A DNA stretch of 64,000 nt from the sequence record OP991903.1. One strand, written 5' to 3'. Numbering within the stretch: position 1 is the stretch's first letter; every line of letters begins with the position of its first letter. The notes below the pieces were generated by a model. That model did no database searches. It was not told the DNA's origin and saw nothing but the letters and a program-made list of their open reading frames with translations. A program made the position numbers and the translations under genes. Shown here in pieces: positions 27,747-37,203 of the stretch.

Positions 27747-28439
27747 ATGGCCATTACTGTTGCTGACCTTCAGGACCGCTACGACGACGCTAACCTGGCT
27801 TGCATCGTACAGCCCGTGAAATGGTCGACCCCTTGGGCAACATTGCCGCAAGCCGCCCAGTTCCGTACCGCATCCACGCGCCGTAGCGTGCCGCAGATTG
27901 ACTGGGTGATTGAGATGTGGGAAGCGGATATCCGTACCGCCCTCACTGTCTGGATGAGGACCAGTCAGAACATTGACTTGGGTAACCGTCTCCAGAACCT
28001 CCCGGCGAGCTTTATCTCGTTCCTCTACCGTAACCTGTTTACGAACGTGCGGGATGAGAACAGCAGCGTATTCATGACGCGTTTAGACCATGAGCTGACC
28101 GGGGCAATTCATGCCGCACCGGCGTACTGGGTGGGATACTACCTGGCGGGTTATCTGATGGCGCAATACGCGACCGGGACCGACAACGAATCCCAGTACC
28201 GCTATAAGCAGTTGTCTGACCTGCAAGAGGTGATTGGTACAGCGATGGTGAACCTGCTGACACAGAGCCCAACCTTAACGCGTGACCAACACGTCATGGC
28301 GGCCAACACCCAAAGTGTCGGTGACCGTCAAACCATGTTCGTTGATGCCGACCGTTTGGTGACGTACCTGAACAGCGGCAAAACTATTGATGCACTGGCC
28401 ACCGGCTGGCTGCTGAATGAAATCAACCCGACCGTATAA
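27747..28439 (+). CDS. putative virion structural protein
   Basis: 230 aa, AAGGA RBS, downstream of protease; TAC-N15-TATG motif upstream. Confidence 0.7.
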   Translation: MAITVADLQDRYDDANLACIVQPVKWSTPWATLPQAAQFRTASTRRSVPQIDWVIEMWEADIRTALTVWMRTSQNIDLGNRLQNLPASFISFLYRNLFTNVRDENSSVFMTRLDHELTGAIHAAPAYWVGYYLAGYLMAQYATGTDNESQYRYKQLSDLQEVIGTAMVNLLTQSPTLTRDQHVMAANTQSVGDRQTMFVDADRLVTYLNSGKTIDALATGWLLNEINPTV

Positions 28440-28448
28440 GGACCGTAA

Positions 28449-29252
28449 ATGTCTCTTCCTTCCGTACTGACCACCAACCTGAAAGACGCCAACCGCGCTC
28501 AGCGTGTTTACATGCAGACCGTGGCGGCCCATGCGTTCTTCCGTAACTTCATTGCTGAGATTTATGGGTACACCATTGTCTCGGTAGGTCTCGGTGTAGC
28601 CAAGGGCGTGATTCCGGAGATGTTACTGGATGACGGTATCGTTACCACTACCCATCCGGGTGACGGTAAAGTCTACAGTCTGCTGCAACTGAACCGTCGT
28701 CTGCGTTCTCAGGGTGAGAGCGTATTGGGACCGAACCTGATGGCGTTCCCGGTGTCGCGTACTGACCCGCTGTTCCAGCATCAGCGTGAGCACATGGCAG
28801 AAGCCTGGGGTACGCCGATTGAATTCTGTAACACGTACGCTAACCTGGTTGCGCGTGGTATCGACAATCGTTACATGAGTAGCCGTGAAACCCGCGATGC
28901 GGTAATTGCCTCCTCTGCGTATTCAGCGTACCAGTATCTGTTTGTCATGCTTCCGGCGTTTGTGGACCAGTACACCACAGCAGAAGAGTTCGTGGACAGT
29001 TTCATCAGTCACGCGAATGACCCGGACAAAGACACGGCTTCCTGGTCGTGGCCGGTAACCTTTAACAATGCGCTGCTCCAGACGTTGTTCAAAGGTGCAG
29101 AGTTCGGTGACCCGATGGAACTCTATCGCATCTACTCGAACCTGGTGAATACCCAAAGTCAAAACGGCGAGAGAGGGGTCGATGTAGACACCATCAAAGA
29201 TGCGTTGATGTTTACCGCCCTGGGCCGCGTCACCATCGGTCCTGCTGTTTAA
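28449..29252 (+). CDS. putative virion structural protein
   Basis: 267 aa, co-transcribed with previous gene. Confidence 0.7.
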   Translation: MSLPSVLTTNLKDANRAQRVYMQTVAAHAFFRNFIAEIYGYTIVSVGLGVAKGVIPEMLLDDGIVTTTHPGDGKVYSLLQLNRRLRSQGESVLGPNLMAFPVSRTDPLFQHQREHMAEAWGTPIEFCNTYANLVARGIDNRYMSSRETRDAVIASSAYSAYQYLFVMLPAFVDQYTTAEEFVDSFISHANDPDKDTASWSWPVTFNNALLQTLFKGAEFGDPMELYRIYSNLVNTQSQNGERGVDVDTIKDALMFTALGRVTIGPAV

Positions 29253-29261
29253 AAGAAATTC

Positions 29262-29283
29262 AAGTATACATTACTTAGGTGAA
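29262..29283 (+). promoter_or_regulatory. early-type promoter
   Basis: AAGTATACATTACTTAGGTGAA fits TAYATTAC-N3-RRTGAM consensus. Confidence 0.6.
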
Positions 29284-29400
29284 CAGTAGTTCATGAAACC
29301 GAATGCGTAGTTTAAATTCTACGCATTCAACCCACTCTGTGGGGGTATACCTTCGAAGATATCCCCGCTAATAAAACCCAAGACACTCAAGGAACATTCC

Positions 29401-29859
29401 ATGTCTCAAGTAGAAAACAAAACCGCTGACGTTGCTCTCTCTAACGACCTGGTAGAACTGGCTAACAAAATTAGCCCAGATGTTGGCATCAACAGTGAAG
29501 GTAAACTGGAAGTAGCAGAAACCAACTTCCTGGCGTCTCGTCCGGCGGACAAGCTGAGCGAAGCTAACATCCTCGATACGCAGCAGTACACCAGTGAATA
29601 CGGCACCGCGCTGTTCCACGTTGCTGGTGAAAAGGCTGGTGACTTCCTGGCGGAAAACCCGGACATCAAACGCGTTGCTGGCGTAGTGAAAATCGGTCAC
29701 GATGAACTGGCGGTGAACTTCAACCGTCCGCAGGGTATGGATGCGCAAGGTAAGCCGAAGTCTGCTGCCATGAGCATGGTGCTGCGTCGCTTTGAGCACA
29801 AAGAGCATAACGACGTGCGCACTGCGCTGACCGAACGCTTCCGTAAGCTGGTCGACTAA
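29401..29859 (+). CDS. hypothetical protein (likely highly expressed)
   Basis: 152 aa, AAGGA RBS, codons typical of highly expressed enterobacterial genes, structured leader. Confidence 0.8.
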   Translation: MSQVENKTADVALSNDLVELANKISPDVGINSEGKLEVAETNFLASRPADKLSEANILDTQQYTSEYGTALFHVAGEKAGDFLAENPDIKRVAGVVKIGHDELAVNFNRPQGMDAQGKPKSAAMSMVLRRFEHKEHNDVRTALTERFRKLVD

Positions 29860-29925
29860 CAACTCAAGTCGGGGGTGAGCCATCACCCCCAATCTCTGGA
29901 AACACCGATAAAGGTAAAATTAAAC

Positions 29926-30468
29926 ATGACGTTGAACGCAGAGCAAGAAGCATTTGTCGACGAACAAATCAAAGAAAGCATCAATCTCGATGACGCCGTC
30001 AAAGCGGAAATCCAGAAAGGTGTCAAACTCGACTCCTTCGTGGAAGTTGACCTGCAATACCCTAACATGTTCGATGCGAACGGTGTTCGTCTCGATGCGA
30101 AACAAATGGCCAAGTTACACGACGATTATGCCGACCGTCAGAAACTGGCTATGCTGACCTACAGCCTGATGTCAGGCGGCGGTCTACAACCTCCGCGTGG
30201 CTATGCGCTGAACGAACAAGTGGCAGAAAACCTGCTGCGTTCGCAGAAGTACCGTGTCCGCCGCGTGAAAGGTCACTACGAAGTTGAACTGCATCTGGAC
30301 GGCCTGGATGCGACCATTAAAGATACCAACCGCTGGCTGGCCATCGTCCGTGCCCTGCACCTGATGGGTACGCGTATGGACCCGCTGCTGGAAGAATACA
30401 TCAAGCGTCGCCTGGCGCAAAAGACCGACCGTCTCGAAACCCGCCCGATTAAACTCGGTCAGGTATAA
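29926..30468 (+). CDS. hypothetical protein
   Basis: Start likely ATG 29926 (AAGGT RBS). Confidence 0.75.
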   Translation: MTLNAEQEAFVDEQIKESINLDDAVKAEIQKGVKLDSFVEVDLQYPNMFDANGVRLDAKQMAKLHDDYADRQKLAMLTYSLMSGGGLQPPRGYALNEQVAENLLRSQKYRVRRVKGHYEVELHLDGLDATIKDTNRWLAIVRALHLMGTRMDPLLEEYIKRRLAQKTDRLETRPIKLGQV

Positions 30469-30573
30469 CCTATTCTGTGAAAACGTCATTGTCCCTGAAG
30501 GTTAGGGGGCAACCTCCTGAAAGTCATCACGTCATTGATGGCTTTCTTTTTTTGTACAAATCTGGAAACTGAG

Positions 30574-31131
30574 ATGAGTGGTCGTATATTGAGCCTACCC
30601 GAAATGCGTGACATCGTTGTGGCGTTGCGCAAAGGGGAGTCACTGGAAGCTATGGCGGAAAGGTTCAAATTCTCGCGCTCTGGGATGGGCAACATAATCG
30701 AGAAACACTTCGGCGTAAACGTAAAGACCATACGTGCCGGGGTGAAGATTTCCTTAGTTCTGCGCAGAGCAATTGACCTACACCAACTGCTTCAGGTGTC
30801 TACTGACCAGTTACTGTACCACTACTTCAAGCGACATCGTGAAGGGTGGCTCAGATTGCTGTTCGATGACCTGACGTACGAGGGGGGTCAACTTCGTGAT
30901 TCTCACGGCCAGGATGTTCAGGTTGCAGTTTACCTTGAACGTTGCGGACCGATTGAAAATACGCATCGCCTCTTGGTGGTGCGCTTAGACACCTGGACTG
31001 CGGTTCGTTCTGGGTGTATGGGCTCGTTGGGTGATGCTTCCGAAGGGTTACGCAAAGTCATCACAAAACGGGTTGTTCACATCCCAAGCGAACAACACGC
31101 TGGGTTAACTTCGCTGTTAGGTTTAGTCTAA
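30574..31131 (+). CDS. putative HTH DNA-binding protein
   Basis: N-terminal LRKGESLEAMAERFKFSRSGMGNIIEK HTH-like pattern. Confidence 0.55.
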   Translation: MSGRILSLPEMRDIVVALRKGESLEAMAERFKFSRSGMGNIIEKHFGVNVKTIRAGVKISLVLRRAIDLHQLLQVSTDQLLYHYFKRHREGWLRLLFDDLTYEGGQLRDSHGQDVQVAVYLERCGPIENTHRLLVVRLDTWTAVRSGCMGSLGDASEGLRKVITKRVVHIPSEQHAGLTSLLGLV

Positions 31132-31143
31132 GGAACCGAAGAC

Positions 31144-31686
31144 ATGGCAAAGAACGATTTACAACGCCAGAACCAAGCCCGTATGATTCTGGTCGATTTG
31201 CGCAACGGACTACCGTCGAGTCACATCGAGGGTTGGTTGAAAGTGAAACGTCTCAGTGATTTCTTGCGTGCTAAGTACGGCGCGACTATCACTCAGTGGC
31301 GTGAACATGCGCACTCCATCATCACCTTCCAGCCGGTGTCCGATGACCTCGAGGAACTTCAGATTCAGCGGAGTTCTCTGGCGCGTCTTGAATCGGGTGA
31401 CTTCGCTCGGGCGAAACCGACCAGCGCAGGTAGCGTTGAACGCAAGTTCTCTCACCGGGACACGTTCACAGCACTGACCCGTAACCCGACAGCCGGTGGT
31501 GCAGCGGTGTACGATAAAGTCCACAAACTCGTGCACTATATCGTCTTCCCGAAATTATCTGGGCAACCGGTAGTGCAGTCGTTCCCTTACGATGAGGTGA
31601 AAGCCGAGTTGGAAGAGTACGGTATCCGTTTGCAGCATGTGCGGACTAACGTTGCATTTGCACGTCATCTGTTGAAAGTTTATTGA
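31144..31686 (+). CDS. hypothetical protein
   Basis: 180 aa, AAGGA RBS; N-terminus weakly similar to previous gene. Confidence 0.7.
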   Translation: MAKNDLQRQNQARMILVDLRNGLPSSHIEGWLKVKRLSDFLRAKYGATITQWREHAHSIITFQPVSDDLEELQIQRSSLARLESGDFARAKPTSAGSVERKFSHRDTFTALTRNPTAGGAAVYDKVHKLVHYIVFPKLSGQPVVQSFPYDEVKAELEEYGIRLQHVRTNVAFARHLLKVY

Positions 31687-31690
31687 TACC

Positions 31691-31725
31691 TGGGGGAGCC
31701 TTCGGGTTCCCCTAGTTATTTTTTA
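31691..31725 (+). terminator. intrinsic terminator
   Basis: GGGGAGCC-TTCG-GGTTCCCC plus T-rich tail. Confidence 0.7.
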
Positions 31726-31771
31726 TTCTGCACCGTAACTGTATGTATTAGAGGGACTGAATTAATAGAAG

Positions 31772-32170
31772 GTGCGTATGGTCTGGTCGTATAGAGAGAA
31801 AGCGTTTGAATGCTTTACGATTCAAATCGCAAAACACCGCTTACTGCACCGCACGGACGTCGAGTTTCTGGACACGACAGTCAAGAGTGGGGACAAAGTC
31901 TTCGCGCCGTCTACAGAGCTTCTGTGGGCGTATAAGTGTGGTCATCTGACAGAGGCGGAGTACGTTGAACGTTTCTACCGCTTATGTCGTCAACGCTTTC
32001 GCCGTGACCCGGAACCTTGGTTACGTTTAATCCGTAAAGGACGGGTAGCGTTAGCGTGTTACTGTCGTGACGGTGAATTTTGCCATCGTCACTTACTGGT
32101 CGACATTCTGGAAAAGATTTGTCGAAGCGAAGGTATCGCGTTTTATTACGGCGGGGAAATCACCTGCTAA
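31772..32170 (+). CDS. DUF488-family protein
   Basis: FAPS..LL...K, Y..R(F/Y), VALACYC....CHR..L motifs. Confidence 0.75.
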   Translation: MRMVWSYREKAFECFTIQIAKHRLLHRTDVEFLDTTVKSGDKVFAPSTELLWAYKCGHLTEAEYVERFYRLCRQRFRRDPEPWLRLIRKGRVALACYCRDGEFCHRHLLVDILEKICRSEGIAFYYGGEITC

Positions 32171-32179
32171 CGAGCAACC

Positions 32180-32374
32180 TCGGTGGGTGGTTATAATTCA
32201 CGCACCGAAGTAGTAATGTGAAACACTAACCAATCCATCCACAACACGTGTAAAGTTGGCTCTGGCGTTCCGAAGACATTCGAAAAATAGACAGGATAAT
32301 AAACGGGATTTCCTACGAGGAATTACCCGGTATCATGACGAACCTCTTGGGGACTTCGGTCCCCTTCTTTTTTT
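32180..32374 (+). ncRNA. candidate structured small RNA / long leader
   Basis: About 200 nt without a credible ORF; starts with hairpin TCGGTG-G-GTG..CAC-G-CACCGA, ends in GGGGAC-TTCG-GTCCCC-T run terminator. Confidence 0.3.
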
Positions 32375-32451
32375 GTTTCATCGGTTTCTATGAGGCGACG
32401 ACACTGACGTCATCGCAATGTTTAATCTGGATTAACAACGGAAGCCACGTT

Positions 32452-32832
32452 ATGAAAAAGATACATTACCTCGAGATGACTGCACAACGCGGTAAAAGCC
32501 GTACTGCCATTCTTAATCAAAGTGACCCGGAGAACGTTGCATTAGCAGCCGCGACGTTACTGGTTAAGAACTTTGCCGTGGAACTCGAAGTTCGCGGGAC
32601 CAAATACTTGTTCAACGACATCGCCTGGTATCCCGACATCCGTAAGCTGTCCTTGCGCATGTGTGACCATAAAGGTGATGTGTGGTGGACTGCATTAGAA
32701 GAACACACTGATGGTAAACTCATCTCCCAGGCCATCCTGGATAAACTCGATGAATTCAATGTGAGCGTCTGGAAAGCTAGAGAAGAAGACGCCAGTGAAC
32801 GCGGGTTCCAGAATACCTGGGCGAAGGTCTAG
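32452..32832 (+). CDS. hypothetical protein
   Basis: Start moved to ATG 32452 (upstream extension crosses a terminator). Confidence 0.7.
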   Translation: MKKIHYLEMTAQRGKSRTAILNQSDPENVALAAATLLVKNFAVELEVRGTKYLFNDIAWYPDIRKLSLRMCDHKGDVWWTALEEHTDGKLISQAILDKLDEFNVSVWKAREEDASERGFQNTWAKV

Positions 32833-32835
32833 GGT

Positions 32836-33033
32836 ATGGCAAGCCGGGCGAGTTTACAGAAGGCACAACGGCACGGTCGAAAGGTGCGGAACCTCCGCAC
32901 TTGTCGTAAAGAAGGTTTCAACTCAGGGTTCCACGACCAGGAACACCTGAACACCTGTCGTCGTCACGGGGATATTGCTGAGCTTTCTAATCGGGGCTCA
33001 GAAATATATTACTTAGATGAATCTGCTAGTTAG
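32836..33033 (+). CDS. small basic hypothetical protein
   Basis: 65 aa; early promoter motif overlaps its 3' end. Confidence 0.5.
   Translation: MASRASLQKAQRHGRKVRNLRTCRKEGFNSGFHDQEHLNTCRRHGDIAELSNRGSEIYYLDESAS
33002..33021 (+). promoter_or_regulatory. early-type promoter
   Basis: Exact TATATTAC at 33005-33012 followed by TTAGATGAA. Confidence 0.7.
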
Positions 33034-33066
33034 CAAAACCAATTCTTTCATTGGAGGGTAAAAGAA

Positions 33067-33261
33067 ATGTCATGTGGCAAATGCAAAACCTGTGCGTGTA
33101 CAGGGAAAAAAGAACCGGCGGCGTTTATCGCCGATGAGTCTGGTTTCATTGATAAAGACGGCAAGTCCGTTTATATCTTGACACCACTGGGTCGTGACAA
33201 CGCTGTGCGCCCTGACCTTTCTATTCTGGACGGATTAGCGGAAGGTCCAAGAGCAGAATGA
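33067..33261 (+). CDS. small Cys-rich hypothetical protein
   Basis: MSCGKCKTCACTG; GGAGG RBS. Confidence 0.7.
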   Translation: MSCGKCKTCACTGKKEPAAFIADESGFIDKDGKSVYILTPLGRDNAVRPDLSILDGLAEGPRAE

Positions 33262-33497
33262 AGAAGTTCCTGAAAGAGTTGTTCGTGTTCTTAGCTGCCA
33301 GCGCTTGCGCTGGCGTGCTGTCTATTTTCGTGGTCTGGGCTTTCCTGGTACACTTCCCGTTCGACTTGTTGTCGGATGAACCACCGTACCAGGAACATAT
33401 TCCGCACCGCATTCAAACGTTAACATCGTCGACGCTTTCTGAAGCCGAGACTACTGCACAGTTCGTCGACTCCGGTCGTACGGACTTTTCTAAATAA
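33258..33497 (+). CDS. small membrane protein
   Basis: One hydrophobic segment; ATGA overlap. Confidence 0.65.
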   Translation: MKKFLKELFVFLAASACAGVLSIFVVWAFLVHFPFDLLSDEPPYQEHIPHRIQTLTSSTLSEAETTAQFVDSGRTDFSK

Positions 33498-33506
33498 GGG
33501 GTTGTC

Positions 33507-33956
33507 ATGTCGTTACCAGCTAATATCACATTGTCCGAGCAGATTCTTCGCCAGAACGTATCCGCCGTCCTGCAAGGATGGTACTGGGGACATTCGGGTG
33601 AGCAGACCGCGTGGTATTTGTATTACAACCATTTCCGTCAGACCTGGCGTACGCACATCTTAGAAAATAAGCTGGCGCAACGTTGGGAACTGGGGCGTCG
33701 TGCATTGATTGCCAAGAACGAAGAGTGGAACACGTTCATCCCGTCCCTCAGTGACCTGGAAGACGGTCGCCTGCGTGTGGTTATGGCTGAACTGGAACTT
33801 CGTCGCTTTTGTACCTTGTCGTACCCACTGGAACCGCGTGACGCAGCCACTAAGATGTACCTGGCTGCCACTGACCGTCGTAAAGACGGCAACAACATCC
33901 ATGAGTTCTCTACGGAAGTAGAGCTCCACCTGAACCGTTTAATCAAATCAAAATAA
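33507..33956 (+). CDS. hypothetical protein
   Basis: 149 aa, AAGGGG RBS. Confidence 0.7.
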   Translation: MSLPANITLSEQILRQNVSAVLQGWYWGHSGEQTAWYLYYNHFRQTWRTHILENKLAQRWELGRRALIAKNEEWNTFIPSLSDLEDGRLRVVMAELELRRFCTLSYPLEPRDAATKMYLAATDRRKDGNNIHEFSTEVELHLNRLIKSK

Positions 33957-33969
33957 GAAGGTCGCTACA

Positions 33970-34434
33970 ATGGGTAAAGAATATAATCGTCATGTCGTTG
34001 TCACCATCACCGGTACAGCGCACGCGGGTAAAAGTGCAGTGGGTCGTCTGTTGCAGCAGACCCTGGAAAAACACGGGTTGACAGCGGAGTACGTGGAAAC
34101 CATTCCCGGTGACAGCAACCCGGATTGCGCACACGTCAGTGAAGCGATTGCGTCGATGGCGAACCGTCCTGACCAACCGGACATCGTAATTGTGGATGCC
34201 AGCGGTACGCGCAGTCCGTTGGCCGAGTTCAAGATTCTGCTGAACACCATGGAACCGAAGCTGCAACTGAAGTTCGGGGATGCGTACGGGATGGGTAGCG
34301 AAAAAGAAAAGATTGCCATGCGCTGCGAACACCTGCGTGATGCGTGTCGACGCTTCAATATCCCTTTCACGGTGGCAGCATTGCTAGCTCCCCAATACGT
34401 CGGTAAACGCGGCCTCTGGCACGCAGTGGAGTAA
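33970..34434 (+). CDS. small P-loop NTPase/kinase-like protein
   Basis: VVVTITGTAHAGKS Walker A and IVIVDA Walker B-like. Confidence 0.6.
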   Translation: MGKEYNRHVVVTITGTAHAGKSAVGRLLQQTLEKHGLTAEYVETIPGDSNPDCAHVSEAIASMANRPDQPDIVIVDASGTRSPLAEFKILLNTMEPKLQLKFGDAYGMGSEKEKIAMRCEHLRDACRRFNIPFTVAALLAPQYVGKRGLWHAVE

Positions 34435-34436
34435 CT

Positions 34437-34772
34437 ATGGCACGCACGGTATTGAGTCTCTTCGGAGAAGCATATCGGGTGGTTATAGACGAGAAGGGCG
34501 AGGGGTTAGACCCCTCGCTCCTTTCCCCGTTTATTTTCGACCTGAATCAAACCATTGAGAATGGGTACAACTCACTTTCAATGCACACTGGCGCACTACA
34601 ACACGGGGAGGTGCACTTAGAAGTCATTGACATTACCTGGCACAATCCAGATAAAGAAATGTTACTGGGCGGGAAAACGTTTGATGACCACATCGAAGCG
34701 TTCCTGGAAAAGCTCGAATTTTACTTCGAGGACCCTACTATTGAGGAGCAGGATTCTCTTGCTCTCCCGTAA
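34437..34772 (+). CDS. hypothetical protein
   Basis: 111 aa, GGAG RBS. Confidence 0.65.
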   Translation: MARTVLSLFGEAYRVVIDEKGEGLDPSLLSPFIFDLNQTIENGYNSLSMHTGALQHGEVHLEVIDITWHNPDKEMLLGGKTFDDHIEAFLEKLEFYFEDPTIEEQDSLALP

Positions 34773-34781
34773 GGAGTCTTT

Positions 34782-35234
34782 ATGTCTGAGAACAAGATAG
34801 ATGCTTCCGCTATCCGTGCGGGAATGCACAAAGCCGTGGACAGTTTAATCGACGTGATTGAATCGTGCCCACCTGATGTCATGACGGGTGAAGCCGACGG
34901 AGAGGAAGTCTCCTTTATTGCGTCTGACGTGGATTTCCGCGACCAGCCCTGGTTTCAGGAAACGGCCAGTGAGTACGACCAGAACACACTCCATAAGCGG
35001 ATAGTGTCGCGGGTTGAACTTAATGAACATTGGTCACGTATTAACGAGGAAACGAAAGAGTCCACGTTAGCTGCGCAAAAGGAATGGGACGAGAAACACG
35101 CCGCTGACCCTTCCTGGAACTTACCGCGTCCTCGTGCCCTGACCATCATCGACCCTGTGTCTTTGCCGGGTTATCATTTACTTGATGAGAACAGTGATTC
35201 TCTCCAGGAGCTGTTCCGTGAAAACCTCTACTGA
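34782..35234 (+). CDS. hypothetical protein
   Basis: 150 aa, AAGGAG RBS. Confidence 0.75.
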   Translation: MSENKIDASAIRAGMHKAVDSLIDVIESCPPDVMTGEADGEEVSFIASDVDFRDQPWFQETASEYDQNTLHKRIVSRVELNEHWSRINEETKESTLAAQKEWDEKHAADPSWNLPRPRALTIIDPVSLPGYHLLDENSDSLQELFRENLY

Positions 35235-35271
35235 AATACGTGACCAAATCTTTAGCACCTTGGATTCGTCG

Positions 35272-35484
35272 ATGCGCCTGACGGGCGCTATCGTTTTCCA
35301 GGAGGCGGCGTTAGAACACCTCGGTGACCAACTCCAGCTCACGTTAAAACGTGAAGGGATGCGTCGCCTCGTAGACTCCGGTATTACTGCCGAGCAGCTC
35401 TGCTACTATACCGATGTTCCGCATGACACGTGCCAGGCGACCATCGACCGTTATAAAGCCGACCCAGAATTAGGAAAAGTGTAA
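35272..35484 (+). CDS. hypothetical protein
   Basis: Start uncertain (ATG 35272); coupled to dut gene. Confidence 0.5.
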   Translation: MRLTGAIVFQEAALEHLGDQLQLTLKREGMRRLVDSGITAEQLCYYTDVPHDTCQATIDRYKADPELGKV

Positions 35485-37133
35485 TGTCTCAGAAAACTCC
35501 AGATACCCTGACCGCAGAAATCATGGCGTGCTGCCCGGTAACAAACCCCGACACTCGCCCGATGTATTTCACGGCGGAAGAGAAGAAAAAATTCACTACC
35601 TTCGTGCAAGAGCATTTCTCCGGTACCTCAATCACACCCGGTGTGACGTTCGAGGATGAGGGTAACAATCTCATCAAAGTGGTTACCGTTCTGCTCACCG
35701 AAGACCGCACTGACCCAATCGGTGCTAATTTCAGCCCGGTGGTTATTCATCACTGGTTGGCGGCGCAGGAAAAGAACGGTGAAGATGAAAACGAACAGAC
35801 GCGCAAACTTGCGGGGGCATTCCTCAGCGATTTCTCCAGAGCCCACGAAACGTATCCGGTCGCGGATGTTCCGTATGCGCTGACGCAGGACGAGATGGAG
35901 CGCTTCTACAATCACATGGTGACGTTCTTTGAAGCCGGTGGTCGCCGCGCAGAAGTTGATTTCCAAACTGGTCCCGATGGTCTGGAGAGCGCAACTGTAC
36001 TCAAAGTCATCGTCAATGTCTTCGACAGTCAGAAACAGCCACTCCCATTGGTGCTGTCAGCCGCATACGTGCGGGCGTGGTTAAACGAACAGTTGGTGGG
36101 TGACGCAGTTAACTCCCAGTCGGCTCGTAACGTGGAACGCAACTGTATCTCGGTGGAAGTTAAGGTATTGGACCAAGAACTGTATTGGGGCAAAGAGTTC
36201 GCTCCACGTGGTTCTGAAGACGCCGCCGGTATCGACCTGATGGCAGCGGTTACCGAAGAGGTTCTCCTCGAACCTGGCGAAACAAAACTGATTCCAACCG
36301 GTCTGGCATTCTTCCTGAAGAATCCGAACTACGTGGGATTGATTCACCCTCGCTCCGGTCTGGGTCACAAACACGGTATCGTACTGGGTAACCTGACGGG
36401 CGTCATTGATGCAGACTACAACGGGCAGCTGATGGTTTCACTGTGGAACCGTAACACTCAGGGACCTGCGTTTAAAATCTCTCGTGGCGACCGTATTGCG
36501 CAGTACCTGATTCAACCGGTGGTGATGGGTCTGTTCAAACAGGTGAATGAGTTCAGTACGGAAACTGAACGCGGCGCAGGTGGTTTTGGTTCCAGTGGCG
36601 CAGGTCAGGAAGTAATGCGCGGTACCATGGTTACCGATGGTAAATCCGTTCACGTCCACAGTGAGAAACCACTGGTCACCTCACTGGCCCAAATTAAAGC
36701 CGATACCGACATCGCCCCTTTACCATTAGCGCAAACCCCTACATTTGGTGAGCGCATGAACGAAGCCCGCCCGCGTGTCTTCAAGAAGGAAGGCGTCTTC
36801 ACCAAAGAAGAGATGGCGGCCAACATGGATACCATCATGGCCAACCTTCAGGTGGCCATTGACTTACACAACGGTATGAATTTCGTTGCGGAAGAACTGC
36901 GCGAAGACCAACTGGAGTCGGTCATCAAGTGGGCACTGGAATTCATCGACGGTTCTGGTGGGGATTCTTCCCTACTGAAGATTGTGGTTGAGCGCACGCA
37001 AGACTGGAACCATGAAGCGGGTCAGTTGTTCAATCGTCGTGCGAACATGAACCTGTTCTATACCGACACCAAATTCGTCCGCATCACTCACCCTGCTTGC
37101 ACGTTCATCCTCAAAACTTACGTTAGCCAATAA
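35484..37133 (+). CDS. dut: multi-domain protein with central trimeric dUTPase domain
   Basis: AAGIDL, IPTG, PRSGLG, GVIDADYNG, GDRIAQ, RGAGGFGSSG (motifs I-V); ~215-aa N- and ~175-aa C-terminal extensions. Confidence 0.9.
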   Translation: MSQKTPDTLTAEIMACCPVTNPDTRPMYFTAEEKKKFTTFVQEHFSGTSITPGVTFEDEGNNLIKVVTVLLTEDRTDPIGANFSPVVIHHWLAAQEKNGEDENEQTRKLAGAFLSDFSRAHETYPVADVPYALTQDEMERFYNHMVTFFEAGGRRAEVDFQTGPDGLESATVLKVIVNVFDSQKQPLPLVLSAAYVRAWLNEQLVGDAVNSQSARNVERNCISVEVKVLDQELYWGKEFAPRGSEDAAGIDLMAAVTEEVLLEPGETKLIPTGLAFFLKNPNYVGLIHPRSGLGHKHGIVLGNLTGVIDADYNGQLMVSLWNRNTQGPAFKISRGDRIAQYLIQPVVMGLFKQVNEFSTETERGAGGFGSSGAGQEVMRGTMVTDGKSVHVHSEKPLVTSLAQIKADTDIAPLPLAQTPTFGERMNEARPRVFKKEGVFTKEEMAANMDTIMANLQVAIDLHNGMNFVAEELREDQLESVIKWALEFIDGSGGDSSLLKIVVERTQDWNHEAGQLFNRRANMNLFYTDTKFVRITHPACTFILKTYVSQ

Positions 37134-37203
37134 CGTATGTAGTAAGCCGATGTGCGCCGGTCAAAGCGTACCCTCAAACTAATCCTTTTAAGGAAACCAA
37201 AGT

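Noticed and set aside
29253-32450. Possible tRNA genes in structured intergenic gaps
   Set aside because: No cloverleaf with D and T loops (no GTTCRA in a proper T arm) and no CCA context found.
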